From Pseudovirgaria hyperparasitica (taxonomy: Eukaryota): 64,000 nucleotides of DNA. Within the stretch, counting starts at the first letter, position 1, and every line of letters starts with the position of its first letter. The notes under the pieces are model-generated. The model saw nothing but the letters and a program-made list of their open reading frames with translations. It was not told where the DNA came from and made no database searches. A program made the translations under genes and the position numbers. The DNA lies in NCBI GenBank assembly GCA_010093815.1, contig ML996577.1; one strand, given 5' to 3'. Shown piece after piece: positions 23,225 to 34,460 of the stretch.

Positions 23225-24562
23225 TTAGAGAGCCCTGCAGTGCTCCCTCGCTCGCACTGACATCCTTTTGAACATGTCCATGAGTTGCTCAACTTGCCTC
23301 TGTAAATCCTTTGCATGCAATCCAACGGCGTGATAAAAGACTTCGCTCTTCGCCATAAAAGGCGATCCCTGCTCTGTAGTTAAGCTTTCACCACTATTTT
23401 GAGTGCCTCGTGTCGAGTTTGGAGATGCTGTCGATGAGCCGCCCCGCACTGTCGTGGCTCGTGCGTCGACAGGAATCTCCAGGAGGTCTTCCGTTTCCCC
23501 AAGTGATTCAAGGAGCAGAAGGGCTGCACTTTTAATCAACTCGCCGTGAGAGCAGAAACATACTTTATGCAGTTGGGCGAGGCGAAGTCCGCGATAAGAA
23601 CGGGTTTCCGCAAGACGGTTAAGTGGTTGATTGAGGCTAGGATCTTGCGATAACGAAGTGACGAAATGGCGAAAAATGAATGTATATATTCGATAGAGCG
23701 TCACAAAACAGGACAGGACTAGCAGAATCGTTGGAGTGCTTAGTGCGGATATAGCACTTTCTTGAGATAGTATTCCCGTGGGCAAAAGGATACTTCGGAA
23801 CAGCTGAGAGAAGTACAGAGCATCACCAACGGGGTATTCCAGCGCATCCTTTACTGGGAGTCGTGCAAGTTGCTGCTCGTATCGGTACATCTCGGCAAGA
23901 AGGTTGGTGAGATGCAGAAGAGGATCCACGCTTCCGTCTTGTTGCTCATTGTCGGTTGTAGATTCCAGATCAATTGAGTTCCCGTCCAATGGCCATGATT
24001 TCGGCGGAGAACCAACAGAGTCGCTTGTCTCTGCCCTCGCAGGGTCTTCAATAGGAGATTCGGCTGGCTGGGAACATTCTAACGATGAAGGGTCGCTGTC
24101 CATAAGCATTGACTCATTCCAGGAGTCTTGTGCCAATAGACCTCCTAAATTAGCTTCCCAATATGTTGACACAAGATCGGTGGAGCCTGGTGGCGCGGCG
24201 TATGCTTCGTCCGAGTTGAACAACTGCGCTGTCCCGTGAGTAGGTGTTGATGTGAATGATTGATAAGCCTCAAAACAATCTGGGCTGGGGTTCGGCGTCA
24301 ATGCGAACACACTCGTTCCAGGAAGTGCCGTTTCTGTGGTCGAATCCTTGCATCTTGAGATATCGCTGGATGATGCTCTTGAGCGTGCGGGCCGTGGTGC
24401 GCGCGAGCGAGGAATGAAGACACAGGATTCTGCAGTCTTGGCCTTGATGCATCGTTGACAAGGTGCGCCCGGCGTAGAGTCAGATGTAGGAAGACACCGG
24501 AGCTTTTGGCCCCTACAGCGCTCGCACGAGGCGCGAAGCCGAGTGTTGTCACCTATGGACAT
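23225..24562 (-). CDS. Zn(II)2Cys6 transcription factor, likely cluster-specific regulator
   Basis: MSIGDNTRLRASCERCRGQKLRCLPTSDSTPGAPCQRCIKAKTAESCVF gives six Cys in the binuclear-cluster spacing. The ATG at 24562 is preferred over the track's upstream start. Lies next to the NRPS-PKS. Confidence 0.9.
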   Translation of the reverse strand: MSIGDNTRLRASCERCRGQKLRCLPTSDSTPGAPCQRCIKAKTAESCVFIPRSRAPRPARSRASSSDISRCKDSTTETALPGTSVFALTPNPSPDCFEAYQSFTSTPTHGTAQLFNSDEAYAAPPGSTDLVSTYWEANLGGLLAQDSWNESMLMDSDPSSLECSQPAESPIEDPARAETSDSVGSPPKSWPLDGNSIDLESTTDNEQQDGSVDPLLHLTNLLAEMYRYEQQLARLPVKDALEYPVGDALYFSQLFRSILLPTGILSQESAISALSTPTILLVLSCFVTLYRIYTFIFRHFVTSLSQDPSLNQPLNRLAETRSYRGLRLAQLHKVCFCSHGELIKSAALLLLESLGETEDLLEIPVDARATTVRGGSSTASPNSTRGTQNSGESLTTEQGSPFMAKSEVFYHAVGLHAKDLQRQVEQLMDMFKRMSVRAREHCRAL

Positions 24563-26828
24563 TGCGTATCGTGATGTTGATTCTTCGGGTACCGGAGTAT
24601 ATATCGTTCCCAAAGATGTGAGTAATTTGCCATATCGGAGCCGTGATGTCGTCGAGCGTGCAGAGGGTAAACCCTGTTTTCTGGTTCGTCCACAGGGGCT
24701 CCGCGGGACCCTGCAGCACTCTTTCGTTGCTTGTTTCAATCTTACCAATCATGGTATTTGGTGACCATGCTGTCCCTCCAAGCTTCGAACACTATGCGGG
24801 ATGTAGCGGTGTGGTATTGCACATATTCAGCATACCATGCGGTATACGTTTCTTTGGTCTTTCGAGCAATGCACCCATGGCTACGCCCATGTAGGGCGGC
24901 GGTGGCAACTTCGGCTTAAGTTTGGGCAGCGAATGATTAGTATCGACCCCCTATCCTTTGACATTAGTGATTCAATGCGAGCGATCTTTGCTGTGGAAGA
25001 CAATTCGCTCATGCCTGCTCGGCGAGTAATCAGGTAAGCGCTCTTAGGTAAAATGCTCTTAGGTAAGTGTTTTCAGATGACGTGATTGTCGGCACCTGTG
25101 TATTGGAGTGATCAGCTTCTTTGATGCTTTTTGGAAAGAGGTGCAGCTGCATGGCATGGGAATTCTGAGCATCTTTCAGCAGCAGACTAGTCAAGCCACG
25201 AGTGGAGAGGCTGGTAGCGGGACATGTTTCCGCTCCAATAACACCTTCCTCGCCGCGTCTCATCTGCACATTCGCGTTGATGAGCCGCCGCAGTGAAGGA
25301 TTTGTTGACAAGAAGCTATTCCGTGCGCGATCGCTGCGATCTGATTTAATAAGGTAGCAGTGTGGGCCTTGATGTCTTCGTGGCCTACATTGCTCTGAAT
25401 ACAATACGGGTTCAAATTCTTCGCCCGATGAAAATATGCAGCGACACGTACCTCTGCAGCAGCAAACTCTATGGTTTTAGCTGGTCGGGTATGGCGTAAA
25501 TGCATGTATGGTCTGACCCTGGCCCGTCGTTGGGAATTGGACCGACTTGCAGTGAGACTTTTCGTTGGCCCGCTATGCTCAATGAGGTAATGCGTTTGAG
25601 TAACCATAGGGCCGATGCATAAACATTCAGTCTCGCTTGGTTAATGATCTGGTAGAGGACACGCTCACGTCTTCTTAGAATCCAAGACTTACTTTGAAGG
25701 TTTTCATACCTGCGAGTTTGTCCGACTCGTTCGGAAACGAGCAGGTTTCTGCCGCATTTAGAACACGTCGGCAAGCGGCGATTCTGGAATGCTCAGCTCT
25801 TTGTGGCACTCGGAATTCCGTATCACCCACTCGGTAAATGCTACCAATATCGAAGCCAAATATTACCATCAAGAACACTTTAGCTCTTGCCAGTTTGAAT
25901 CGTCCGACCCAACCATTACGTTCTCGCTTTTGCAATGAGTCAAAGACTTAGCAGCTAAGGCCGGGAAGATGACAGTGACTTGTTTGACCAAAGCTCTTGT
26001 TGATCTGTAACATAATAGGAACCGTTCGGAACTGCTACACCATGTTCGCTCAGATGCTTGGTTATGCCTTCCTGCCCATAGCGAGACGTTCGTGCTAGAT
26101 GTCGGTTAGGCAAATGTAACGGCGTCTAATTTTCAGAGAGCCTCTCCATCTTCGGAGTTCTGACCAAAATCTAGATCTGAACAGGTCTCGACTAGACTAT
26201 CATTCAAGTTCCAGCTTGAACGGCTACCAAAAGACATCATGCCCTCGTGTTTCTATTATACTTTTCCCCTTCCTCAGCCCCTCAAGGCAGGTCATGAATT
26301 CAACGTTGAGGCTGTTGGAGGTACTCTCCGTTATTGATGATTGTCTGACCATATATGAAAAGGAGACCCAGCGCTTGATTCCAAGGTCGAGAAGAGTGCT
26401 CACGCACCACTAGTGACGTTCATGAGCTTTATACAATCTAAGCTAGTCGAATGAGAATTAGCGCGGCGCGTCTCAGTAGCTTAAGCTACTAGTAGAGACC
26501 TCCGACGCGTCTTCTGCTTACATAATCCATCTACCCCCCTCTCAGATATGCATCACTCATAGATGCTTTCATTCTTTCATTTGTCCGCCCGTTTGTTAAG
26601 GACGTTTGATTTCTATCACGGGCTTGTTGCTCTCCCAGCCTTCCATCTGTCATTTGCATGCCCACTATCTGTTGCAACCTAGATCCTGGATAAATTTTCG
26701 GCCACGAACATGTATTAAGTTCTTCGTCAGTCGTTTAACTTAATTGCAATTACTTGGAAACGGCGTACACTTGCGGTCTGACGTGATATCAAGGTAAAGA
26801 AACTTTTTGATGAACACACTAAACGCTC

Positions 26829-29800
26829 TCAGACGCCCGTTTTGAACCCTCGACTGTTGATTGTAATCCGAGTCACATAATTCCTGGCCACTCGCTCGTC
26901 TATCTCTGGCACCGGATAGATTTTGCCTCCAAGCACTTCTGGGCCAACCATGGGGCCAGTGACGAATGCCACTGCATTCTTCTCGTCCTTTACCCCATCA
27001 ATCAAAGCCATAATACGAGCAAGTGGGGATTCTCGATGGGACGCAACATGAGCAAATGCCCGTTCTCGCCACTCAACGAATGGCACGATTTCTTGCCCAG
27101 CACTGGCCAGACTCAATAACTTCCAGAACGCATTGAAGCTAAGAGGATTTGCATTCGCAAAGTCGTAATCCTTGCCAACGCTTTCAAAATCTTGCGTCAT
27201 CTTTGTGACGATGGTTGTAGCCAAATAGTCTACAGGCAGGACTGCTGCGAGATCTGCTCCGTCCAGCGAGGGGAAGAATCCCATTTCAAGACAACCAGAG
27301 ATGAAGCTGTGCATAAAATCACCCCGGTCCAACCGAAAGCAGCCGCTTTCAGTCGAGGCTGTGACGAACGGCAACCGGTAGACAGATGCGTTGGCTCCAC
27401 GCCAGCGTGCAGCTGCAACCATCCGTTCAGCTGTATACTTTGAAGTAGCATAGCCATATTCTCCGTCCCCTTCTACCAGCTCGAGGCCCATATACACTGG
27501 CAGAGTAGACATGGTGGAGATGAAGTGCACTGTTTTCTCCCGACCTTGTGATGCTAAACGTAGTATCTCATGGGTACTAACAATGTTTGGACCGAGATAG
27601 TCGTCAAGTGGACGAACCCAGTCTACAAGACCACCTGAATGGCAGATTGAATCAATAGTCTCTGTCAAATACTGGAATTGTTCATCTGGTAACCCAAACA
27701 GTGGTTGTGACATATCCCCGACAATCGCATGAAGAAGTGGCTCAAAACTGGGTTTCCACAAATCATGGGCTGCTAAAGAATCGAGTAGCCGTTGTCTAGC
27801 AGCCTGGTCGGAACCAGCGCGCACGAGACAATGAACAGAAATGCCCATGCTCAAGAGCTCTGCCGCAATGAAAGCACCCACGAAACCTGTGGCCCCTGTG
27901 ACAAATACGGCATTGGGTGGCTTAGTGGGTTCCGTAGATCTAAATTTAAGAGTTGGGTCCAGATAGCCTTTTTTGATTGCAGCTATATCAATACTCGGTG
28001 CAATCGACTCGGATTTCACGGAAGTCGGAGGTGTCGAAATATCGCCAGTGCTCGAATCGTCTGAATCCATCATGTCTTCTTGTAGGCTGGTGAGAAGAAA
28101 TTTACTCAGGGCCCGGAGATTTGGATATTGAAAGGCAATCCTGGCATTCAATTTCAAGCCCGTCGACTTCTCCAGATGATTCCGCACCTGCACTGCTGTC
28201 AACGAGTCTATGCCAATATCTTGCAAGGCGCGATCGCTGTCCACATCCCCGCTATGCGCGATTCCTAATATTCTGGCAACGGTCGCCTTCACCGTAGTGA
28301 GAACAATCTCCCCTTGCTCAGTGACAGCACTTTGCTTCAGCATACTTCGAAGATCTTCTTTCTTGTTCTTGAGGTCTTTTGGCGGGACTTTGCGTCCTTT
28401 CTGGCCTTGGAGCAGGCTCAAAAGAGTCGATCTTTCGTCCAGATCATTGGAGAGGAACCTATGTAATCGACCTGGATCAAGTACAGCCACCGCCGCAAGT
28501 GGGCGACCGCTGCGTATAGCGTTCTCGGTAAGCTGCAGGCTTTCGTCCGACTGGATCATATTGAAACCCATGCGTTGCCAGCGTGCGAGACCTAATTTAC
28601 TGAGTTTTTCTGCCATACCACCGCCTGCCCAAGGGCCGTAAGCTACTGAGGTTCCTGGAAGTCTTTGAGACCGGCGGAAGTACGCTAGCGCATCAAGGAA
28701 TGTGTTGGCCGCGGCGTAAGAAGACTGTCCGGGATTTCCAATGATACCTGATATGGAAGAGAATATCAAAAACATGTCCAAATCTAGCCCTTGAGTAGAT
28801 TGGTGCAGATTCCAGGCGCCATGAACTTTGGGCCCAAGGACTCGATTGATACGTTCCGGAGTCAAGTCTTGGAGGGCTCCATCGTCCAACAGACCGGCCG
28901 TATGAACCACTCCACGTAATGGTCGCAGTGCAGTGAACAAGGAGATGGCATTATCCACACTTTCACGAGAAGCGATGTCGCAAGACAATACCGTGGCCTG
29001 AGCACCAGCATCGGCAAGCTCTTTGACGAAGCTGTCTGTTCCCGGTGTGTCCGTTCCCCGACGGGATAGCAACACTATATCTCGTATATTGTGGGAGATG
29101 GCAAGCCACATGGCGACACGGCGACCAAGACTTCCAAGACCTCCAGTGATAATGACCGCTCCATCTGTGCGGAGCAGTTGCGCTCCCCTGGAAGTGATAT
29201 TCACGTTTTCTAATCTTGGTAGCAAGATCCCGCTGTGTCGTACAGCGCATTCAGGCTCGTTGATCATGGCTAGTGCTTTCACCAGGCTGGTATCAGCCGC
29301 CAAGTTGATGTCTAGATCTACCAAGCGGAGACTCAGCTCGGTGTGTTCGTTCCGTGCAGTTCGCATTAGTCCCCAGAGAGTTGACGAATGCAAACCCGGA
29401 AGCTCTATTTCACCTGAACCTGTATCAACCGCGTTGAGAGTGACCCATAGTAGAGGCTGTGCTAGCTGCGCTCTGATGATCGCCTGCAACTGAGCGAAAG
29501 CCTCTGTGGTGAGTTGTTCCACGTGATCAACGTCATTTTCGACCTGAGGCTCCCATACGCATAGAAGCCCAGATAGGTCGGTCCATGTGTTGATATCCTG
29601 AAGGTCAACCCAGCGAACCGATAGGCCATTTTGTAGAAGACCATCCATGATCTTCATCGACAGTGGGCCGCTGTAGTTCGATCGGATCATCCCCCAAGTA
29701 CCTGTCAATTTTGACGGGTCTGCAGTTATAGTTCCCTTGCTACTGGACTCCTTCCATGTAATTGCGAGCTCGGTCGCACGTGGCTCAATGCTCGCGTCTG

Positions 29801-32800
29801 GAGGGTCGTTCATGTCTTGCGCCTTGATGGCGTTCATGCTTAGACCTTGATGTCCATCTGGTGGTGATAGAGTGTTCTTGCGTAAAGGTGGATATCGCTC
29901 CTTATGGAAGGCATACGTTGGTAATTCTACACGCTGGCAACCTTTTATGGAGCCAAAGTATCCAGTCCAGTCAATGGATATGTCTTTCTTATGCAACTCG
30001 GTCAGACTACGTTGTATAGTTGTGGCTTCATCCTTGCCGTGTATTATTGATGGTAACCAGGTGATGGTCTGCTCATTCTCAAGGCATGCTGCGCCCATGC
30101 CGGCTAAGATCGGTCGAGGTCCCAGTTCAACAAAACTTGTCGTATCCTGCAAGAATAACGTCTGGACCGCATCAGTGAAGCGAACAGCTTGGCGGATTTG
30201 TTGGACCCAGTAGTCGGGTGTCTCCATCTCGCCTGGCTCGCAAAGCCTCCCTGTTAGAGTGCTGACAATGGGCAACTGTGGTCTCTTGAATTCCACATTC
30301 TCAGCCACCGATCGGAAAGCGGTCAGTATTGTATCCATGTGGTGCGAATGGAAGGCCTTCGATACGTCAAGCAGCTTGGTCTTCCGTTCGTAGCCAGCAA
30401 AATACGAAGCAATCCGCTCGACAGCACTAATATCTCCTGAAGCTACCGTTTGCATCGGCGTATTTCGTCCAGCGATGTCAATCTGTCCATTCAATTCCAG
30501 TGCATCGATTGCCTTCTCCACCTCCTCCCAGCTGGCCTGAAGAGAGACCATTGCTCCTTGCATGGGCACAGCTTGCATCAAGCGGCCACGAGCTTCCACT
30601 AAAATACATGCGTCAGTCAGGCTCAGTACTCCAGCGACGTGTGCTGCAACTAGCTCGCCAACCGAGTGGCCACAAAGTACGTCTGGAACTACACCCCAGC
30701 TTTTCCATAAGGACCACAAGGCCACTCCGAGCGAAAACAATGCTGGTTGCGCATAGTCAGTACGCTGCAGCAAGGATGCCGCTTCACTTCCGCTTGGAGC
30801 GTGCATAACCTCGAGCAACGGCACATCAAGTCCAGAAAATCGAGCCACAATTTCATCGAGCGCCACTCGGAAAATGGGGTAGGCTTCGTAGAGGCCCTTG
30901 CCCATACCACAAGCTTGACTTCCTTGACCGGTGAAGAGCATTGCAAGGCGTGAGGTCGAGGTTGCTGGTATGGATGCGGACGAAGTTTGTGCTATTGAGT
31001 CAAGTCCACTGATCAGCGTGGTCCGATTTTTAGCCCAGACTATATCGCGTCTCCCAAACAGCGTACGTGTAGTAGCGAGGGAGAAAGCAATGTCTCTCAA
31101 GCGGAAATTGGGACCCTGCCCATGGGCAGAGATATGTTGTTTGAGTTTTTCAGCCTGTTGGGCCAGCGATACTTCAGTATGTCCTGATAGGAGAAAAGGC
31201 ATTGCTACGCTTCGTCTCGATTCCAATGACTGGTAATGTGGCAGCTCCGTAGCTTCCACATCACTGTCTCCATCATCTTGATCCAACTGATGATCAGGTA
31301 TCTGTCGTGGAGGCTCCTCCACCACAACATGGGCATTGGTCCCTGATATTCCAAAAGCTGACACTCCTGCTCGCCGGGCCCGCTTAAGTCGAGGATGCCA
31401 GGGCTGTGCCTCCTGCACCAGCGCCATGCGGGAGCCCTCCCAGTCGACTGCTTGAGTGGGCTTTGTAGCGTGTAAGGTTTGAGGGATCTTATTGTTCTTC
31501 ATGGCCATAACGACTTTTATTACACCAGCCAGACCAGCTGCAGCTTGCGTATGACCAAACGAGCTTTTACAACTGCCGACCCAGAGCGGTTCGTCGTCTA
31601 CTGATCGACTGCCGCCATAGACACCTGCCAGAGCTACCCCTTCAATTGGATCGCCGAGTCGGGTGCCCGTCCCATGGGCTTCGACCAAGTCAATATCGCC
31701 TGGTGATAGCCGTGACGCCTGTAAGGCTGTCTGAATAAGCCGTTGCTGCGCTTTGCCACTTGGAACTGTCAGGCCAGGGGCACTTCTACCGCCATGATTG
31801 ACAGCTGTTCCTCGTATGACTGCATGAATATGATCCTTATCACGCATAGCATCGCTGAGTCTTTTCAAAACGACAACTGTACACCCTTCAGACCAGCCAG
31901 TACCCGAGTTATCGTTCGCGAATGCGCGGCACCTGCCGTCTATTGACATACCATTAAGTCGGCTGAACTCGACATGCATGGCTGGACTGAGAAGTAGACT
32001 TATGCCGCCTGATATCGCTAAGTCACATTCTCCTTGTCGTAGAGCATTGCATGCTAGATGCGTTGTGACAAGCGACGAAGAGCACGCAGTATCAATAGTC
32101 ATGTTTGGACCTTCGAGACCAAATGCGTACGAAACTCGGCCGGAAAGTGTACTACCCGCAGTACCAGTAATGGCGTATCCATCGAGCTCTCCTAAGCTTG
32201 GCACTGAGGAGTTGTGGGCGGAGATGGTGCACACTCCCATATATACACCCGTGTTACTGCCACGTAGTTGACCTGCCGTATAGCCTGCACGCTCTAGCCC
32301 TTCCCAACACGTCTCGAGGCCAATGCGTTGAGTAGGATCTAAGGATCGGGCCTCACGCGGTGAGATCCCAAAAAAGGGGGCGTCGAATTCGTCTACGGAA
32401 TCGAGAAACCCGCCTCGGCGACAGTACGATAATCCAGCGCTATATAGTTCCTCGGCGTCCCATCGATCCTTCGGAACGCTTGTGATGACGTCAGCGCCTC
32501 GCTCAAGGAGATCCCAGAACTCCTGAGGGCTGGTCACTCCTCCCGGGAGCTGGCAAGCCATAGAAACTATGGCTATACTTTCGTCGGCTGTTATGTGATT
32601 CGTCGACAGTCCGCGATCTGGCTCAACTACTGAAGTGCCGTGCAGAAATTCCACAAGCGCTTTGATAGTGAAGTGCTCGAATAGAATCGCGGGAGACAAT
32701 ATTCGATCGAGTAGCTGCTCCAGTGCCTTCTGAACCTTGATTACCCGAATGCTATCTCCTCCGATTTCGAAGAAATTCGCTTCCGTCGTTATGCGATCAT

Positions 32801-34460
32801 GGCCGAGGACTTCTGACCAGATGAGCCGAATACTACTTTCCAACCCCGTCTGTGGTTGCTGACTCATTGCTTGCGGCTTAACAACTTCGGTGTGTACTGG
32901 GAGAGCTTTGCGATCGATCTTTTTGTTCGGGGTCATCGGGAATTCCTTCAGTTCTAGATAGAACGCCGGCATCATGTATTCTGGCAGTCGCGATTTTAGG
33001 AAAGGTCGTAAGAAAGTCTCAATGCTCCGTGAGTCTTCGCACCCGTTCTTCGTTTGTGTTTTCTGTTTGCGAATACAGTAAGCCACGAGTCTCCCCTGTT
33101 GAGCATTCACTACAGCTTCTGCAATGTCGTCATGATCGGTGATGGCGGCTTCGATATCTCCAACCTCGATCCTGAAACCGCGAATCTTGACTTGACCATC
33201 GGCACGCCCCAAAACGCGTAGGGAATCCAATGAGTCGAAACGTGCTAGGTCTCCTGTACGATACATCAAGCCCGGGTGGAACGGATTATGTATGAACCGC
33301 TCTTGGGTTATCTCAGGCTTTTTGTGGTATCCTCTAGCCAGACTAGCGCCACCAATGAACAATTCGCCCTCGGTACCAATAGGAACCCTAGAGAGGTCAT
33401 TGTTATCCAACACATAAAGTCGATAATTATTGATTGGCCTTCCGATCACTACAGGCTGGTCTGGACACACTCGCCACATGCTGGCCCAGACAGTCGCTTC
33501 CGTAGGGCCGTAAACGTTCCATACAGATTCCGCGCACGAGAGCAATCGATTTGCAAGTTTTTGAGGCAGTGCTTCACCACCACATATGATCGTGGAAAGA
33601 TGGACATCGCTATGCCAGCCAGACTCGAGGATCATTTGCCAAGTAGCAGGCGTGGCCTGCATTATTGTAATACTATGGCGCTTGATCATACTCATTAGCG
33701 CGCGTGGATCCCTCGTTTCTGCCTTCTGGGCAACAACCACAGTCGCACCGCAGATCAACGGGAGAAAGATTTCTAGCATGGCGATATCAAAAGAGATTGT
33801 TGTTACGGCGAGGAGTCGGTCCGATGCTCGACATCCAGGTCCGGACGTGCTCTTTATCCCGAGCAACAAGTTGCACAATGCCTCGTGACTGATCTCGACC
33901 CCTTTTGGTTTTCCGGTCGAACCTGACGTGTATATCACATACGCGAGATCATCAGGGTCCACATGACTGTCTGAAGCAGTAGTAGAATGCGGAAGCTTCT
34001 TTTCAACAGTGTCGATATTCAGGGCAGGTCCGCGCCAGAAAGACATTGAGCTCTCTGTAGATGCTTCAACGACCACGAGTTTTGGGTCTGCATCTTCCAG
34101 CATATGATGAATACGATCCTGGGGAAAAGTTGGATCGATGGGGACATATGCGGCACCAGCTTTCAAAACAGCCAGCAGTACGACGACAAGCATAAGAGAC
34201 CGATCGAGCACGATGCCGACAAGATCGCCACGCTTGACACTATGTTGTTCTAGTATGCTAGCATATCGGTCCACGAGAGCCCCGAGCTCCGCATAAGATA
34301 ATTTTTGGTCGCCACAAATTGCGGCGACATTCTCTGAATTCGTCTTAATTACCTGGTCTATCAGATGATGAAGGCAAAGCCCCAGTGTGGTTGCATCATC
34401 TGTAGCATTGAACTCGTCTCCTACGCCCTCCTGAGCTCTACTAGAGCATGTATCCGACAT
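26829..34460 (-). CDS. Hybrid NRPS-PKS, A-T-KS-AT-KR-ACP-R (terminal reductase), 2543 aa, intronless
   Basis: A: YTSGSTGKPKG, YGPTE, YRTGDL, QVKIRGFRIE, NKKIDR. T: FFEIGGDSI (Ser about 32752). KS: DTACSSSL (Cys about 32083), EAHGTGT, KSSFGHTQ. AT: GHSVGE (about 30664), KAFHS. No DH. KR: TGGLGSLG, AGLLDDG, YAAAN. ACP: GIDSL (about 28204). R: VTGATGFVG, YATSK. Confidence 0.96.
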   Translation of the reverse strand: MSDTCSSRAQEGVGDEFNATDDATTLGLCLHHLIDQVIKTNSENVAAICGDQKLSYAELGALVDRYASILEQHSVKRGDLVGIVLDRSLMLVVVLLAVLKAGAAYVPIDPTFPQDRIHHMLEDADPKLVVVEASTESSMSFWRGPALNIDTVEKKLPHSTTASDSHVDPDDLAYVIYTSGSTGKPKGVEISHEALCNLLLGIKSTSGPGCRASDRLLAVTTISFDIAMLEIFLPLICGATVVVAQKAETRDPRALMSMIKRHSITIMQATPATWQMILESGWHSDVHLSTIICGGEALPQKLANRLLSCAESVWNVYGPTEATVWASMWRVCPDQPVVIGRPINNYRLYVLDNNDLSRVPIGTEGELFIGGASLARGYHKKPEITQERFIHNPFHPGLMYRTGDLARFDSLDSLRVLGRADGQVKIRGFRIEVGDIEAAITDHDDIAEAVVNAQQGRLVAYCIRKQKTQTKNGCEDSRSIETFLRPFLKSRLPEYMMPAFYLELKEFPMTPNKKIDRKALPVHTEVVKPQAMSQQPQTGLESSIRLIWSEVLGHDRITTEANFFEIGGDSIRVIKVQKALEQLLDRILSPAILFEHFTIKALVEFLHGTSVVEPDRGLSTNHITADESIAIVSMACQLPGGVTSPQEFWDLLERGADVITSVPKDRWDAEELYSAGLSYCRRGGFLDSVDEFDAPFFGISPREARSLDPTQRIGLETCWEGLERAGYTAGQLRGSNTGVYMGVCTISAHNSSVPSLGELDGYAITGTAGSTLSGRVSYAFGLEGPNMTIDTACSSSLVTTHLACNALRQGECDLAISGGISLLLSPAMHVEFSRLNGMSIDGRCRAFANDNSGTGWSEGCTVVVLKRLSDAMRDKDHIHAVIRGTAVNHGGRSAPGLTVPSGKAQQRLIQTALQASRLSPGDIDLVEAHGTGTRLGDPIEGVALAGVYGGSRSVDDEPLWVGSCKSSFGHTQAAAGLAGVIKVVMAMKNNKIPQTLHATKPTQAVDWEGSRMALVQEAQPWHPRLKRARRAGVSAFGISGTNAHVVVEEPPRQIPDHQLDQDDGDSDVEATELPHYQSLESRRSVAMPFLLSGHTEVSLAQQAEKLKQHISAHGQGPNFRLRDIAFSLATTRTLFGRRDIVWAKNRTTLISGLDSIAQTSSASIPATSTSRLAMLFTGQGSQACGMGKGLYEAYPIFRVALDEIVARFSGLDVPLLEVMHAPSGSEAASLLQRTDYAQPALFSLGVALWSLWKSWGVVPDVLCGHSVGELVAAHVAGVLSLTDACILVEARGRLMQAVPMQGAMVSLQASWEEVEKAIDALELNGQIDIAGRNTPMQTVASGDISAVERIASYFAGYERKTKLLDVSKAFHSHHMDTILTAFRSVAENVEFKRPQLPIVSTLTGRLCEPGEMETPDYWVQQIRQAVRFTDAVQTLFLQDTTSFVELGPRPILAGMGAACLENEQTITWLPSIIHGKDEATTIQRSLTELHKKDISIDWTGYFGSIKGCQRVELPTYAFHKERYPPLRKNTLSPPDGHQGLSMNAIKAQDMNDPPDASIEPRATELAITWKESSSKGTITADPSKLTGTWGMIRSNYSGPLSMKIMDGLLQNGLSVRWVDLQDINTWTDLSGLLCVWEPQVENDVDHVEQLTTEAFAQLQAIIRAQLAQPLLWVTLNAVDTGSGEIELPGLHSSTLWGLMRTARNEHTELSLRLVDLDINLAADTSLVKALAMINEPECAVRHSGILLPRLENVNITSRGAQLLRTDGAVIITGGLGSLGRRVAMWLAISHNIRDIVLLSRRGTDTPGTDSFVKELADAGAQATVLSCDIASRESVDNAISLFTALRPLRGVVHTAGLLDDGALQDLTPERINRVLGPKVHGAWNLHQSTQGLDLDMFLIFSSISGIIGNPGQSSYAAANTFLDALAYFRRSQRLPGTSVAYGPWAGGGMAEKLSKLGLARWQRMGFNMIQSDESLQLTENAIRSGRPLAAVAVLDPGRLHRFLSNDLDERSTLLSLLQGQKGRKVPPKDLKNKKEDLRSMLKQSAVTEQGEIVLTTVKATVARILGIAHSGDVDSDRALQDIGIDSLTAVQVRNHLEKSTGLKLNARIAFQYPNLRALSKFLLTSLQEDMMDSDDSSTGDISTPPTSVKSESIAPSIDIAAIKKGYLDPTLKFRSTEPTKPPNAVFVTGATGFVGAFIAAELLSMGISVHCLVRAGSDQAARQRLLDSLAAHDLWKPSFEPLLHAIVGDMSQPLFGLPDEQFQYLTETIDSICHSGGLVDWVRPLDDYLGPNIVSTHEILRLASQGREKTVHFISTMSTLPVYMGLELVEGDGEYGYATSKYTAERMVAAARWRGANASVYRLPFVTASTESGCFRLDRGDFMHSFISGCLEMGFFPSLDGADLAAVLPVDYLATTIVTKMTQDFESVGKDYDFANANPLSFNAFWKLLSLASAGQEIVPFVEWRERAFAHVASHRESPLARIMALIDGVKDEKNAVAFVTGPMVGPEVLGGKIYPVPEIDERVARNYVTRITINSRGFKTGV

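Noticed and set aside
26829..34460. Calling the megasynthase swnK (swainsonine)
   Set aside because: Same domain order, but the A-domain code is glycine-like and no swnN/R/H1/H2/A genes are nearby.
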